Below, in pieces: positions 62,298-64,000 of a stretch of 64,000 bases of DNA. The notes beneath the pieces are model-generated. The model saw nothing but the letters and a program-made list of their open reading frames with translations, was not told the origin of the DNA and did no database searches. Source of the DNA: Phoronis australis (lineage: Eukaryota > Animalia > Phoronida); NCBI GenBank assembly GCA_002633005.1, contig NMRA01000663.1, positions 94,432 to 158,431 of the forward strand, written 5' to 3'. Each line of letters starts with the position of its first letter. The stretch's first letter is position 1. The translations under genes and the position numbers were made by a program.

Positions 62298-63520
62298 TTA
62301 AAGGCAAGCGGATTGGTGAATGTACAAAACTTAAGTAATGATAATATTTTTATGAGCAATGCTGAACGCCAAAAAATTCCAGGGCTCCTGCAAATTGATT
62401 TTCAAAAACCTTTTGACAGTGGTACATAGAATTTCATTTACCAACTTTCAAAATCGTTCAGTTTTAAAGAATCTTTTTCAGGCAGTGGATTAAAACGTTT
62501 TATGAAAATACTGTTGCACATGTATTTCAGAACGGTTATTTGTCTGAGGCCATTCCCCTTCAAAGAGGTTACAGACAGGGTGATCCTCTCTCTCCGTATA
62601 TTTTTATTCTATGTGCCGAAATATTGTCAATTATTGTAGAACACAATAGAGCATGCGCACACCCAGCCTGTAATATGGGGGGCTGGAATTTCTGACGACG
62701 TGGACCATTTACTAACAAAGAAGCGGGAGGACTAAAAAGAAAAAAATGGGTACCACGTTCGGAGCTGTGAATTGTGCGTTTGTGCCTTTTTAGTGGACTT
62801 TTGTCTCGTTTTCTCGGACTTTTTGTTTCTCTGAGGCGAACCTTTTTGCCCACTTCGCCAAATGGGGAGCTCGTTCGAGCCCCCCCCCCCCTGAGTGCGC
62901 GCATGTAGAGATTTAAAGGAATTAGTGATTGACGGCACAGATTATAAAATGTCTCAGTATGCGGACGCCACAACATTTTTTAGATGGGTCCCCTGATTCC
63001 TTGGCAGACGCGACCAAGGTACTGGATTCCATGCAGATATTACTGGTTTAAAAATTAATAATCCTAAATCAATGTACATTGGATTGGAAGTACAACGTTT
63101 TCGAAAGACGTCAACCACCATAGAAGCTGGAAATTAAAATAGTGACTTACGAAATTTAGGCTTTTGTGAATAAATTTTAATGTTAATTCAGATGACATGT
63201 TAAATGATAACTTCAATTTTATTTTTTGGAAATTAAAAAATGCTGAAGACATGGTCTAGTAGAAGACTCACTAACTTTCAAAAATTATTCATTATTACTA
63301 CCTAGTCCGTCTCCAGTTTTTTATATGAAGTAAACAATTTGTTTTTCAAATTTTCTTGGCCAAAGCAGACAAGATTAAAAGAACTATATTGACAGAGGAA
63401 GGGAGTGTTAAATTGATAGACCTAAAACACTTTCATATAGCTCTTAAACTCTCCTGAGTTAAGAGGCTTTTTGCTTCAAATTCAAAATCAAAGTGGTCTC
63501 AAATTTCTTTTTCAGGTTAG
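62298..63520 (+). mobile_element. Decayed L1/Tx1-type LINE reverse-transcriptase fragment
   Basis: Across frameshifts: IPGLL…IDFQKPFDS, WIKTFYEN, QNGYLSEAIPLQRGYRQGDPLSPYIFILCAEILS, IDGTDYKMSQYADAT, TGLKINN. Confidence 0.85.
62652..62905. mobile_element. MITE inserted in the LINE RT
   Basis: TIR catgcgcacacccag / ctgagtgcgcgcatg; tagag on both flanks; RT homology resumes after it. Confidence 0.75.
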
Positions 63521-64000
63521 TTCAGTAAAAGCTTTTCTGACAAAAGTGTTATCCGAAGTATCAATTAAAAAGGTTGTTAGACCAATCTTACCTTTTTCAC
63601 TGTCCAATCTACTTGATAGCAGAAGTAGATGAAAAGATATTTATAATATATTAAAAGATATTTATAAATATATTAAACCGAAATCAATTGAAAAATACTG
63701 CTCAAAGGACGTTTGAAGATTTACATGTAGGATATGTTATTAATAAAAATGATACAAAACATGTCATTTTCATCACAAACTACGGCATAGGATCCTTCCT
63801 ACAAATGATTGGTTAACATTAATTATGCTAATTCTGATTCCTGCACCTTTTGTGACCACGAACGTGCCGAGACAATCGAACACATATTTGTGCATTATTC
63901 TTTTTGATAAGATATTGAGAGCTTATTGTCAGCAAAGATCTACTCCGAATTTCATCTAGATACAAATATAGTACTTTCAGAACCCCTTTTAATAATGAAA

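Noticed and set aside
61372-62301. Possible Kolobok-like element between TTAA sites
   Set aside because: Only the right end is convincing; the left TIR is too degenerate to fix boundaries

Overview
AT-rich, repeat-dense eukaryotic (most likely invertebrate animal) genomic DNA, not a prokaryotic locus; most ORF-track entries are spurious. Three host genes can be reconstructed by hand with consistent splice phases. (1) The 5' half of a spliced FAAH-like amidase-signature gene on the minus strand: 8 coding exons at 520-10555, continuing off the left edge, with an intact Lys-Ser-Ser triad. (2) A complete 16-exon DNAAF11/LRRC6 (tilB) gene on the plus strand at 15224-30398 (462 aa), head-to-head with the FAAH-like gene. 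(3) An intronless-CDS BTB-BACK-Kelch gene on the minus strand at 40095-41900. The rest is nested transposon material (Helentron/HINE-like, hAT-like, foldback, MULE-like, Academ-like and Transib-like elements, a decayed L1/Tx1-type LINE), simple repeats, assembly gaps and a probable 1.48-kb haplotype duplication. I cannot demonstrate a new biological system from sequence alone. The best leads are a 3-kb CAC..GTG element with a 5-bp TSD and two convergent decayed ORFs, a 67-bp bidirectional core with outward-facing splice donors, a long G-U-tolerant hairpin in the DNAAF11 3' UTR, a duplicated 'poison' splice donor, and a CRE cluster upstream of the Kelch gene.
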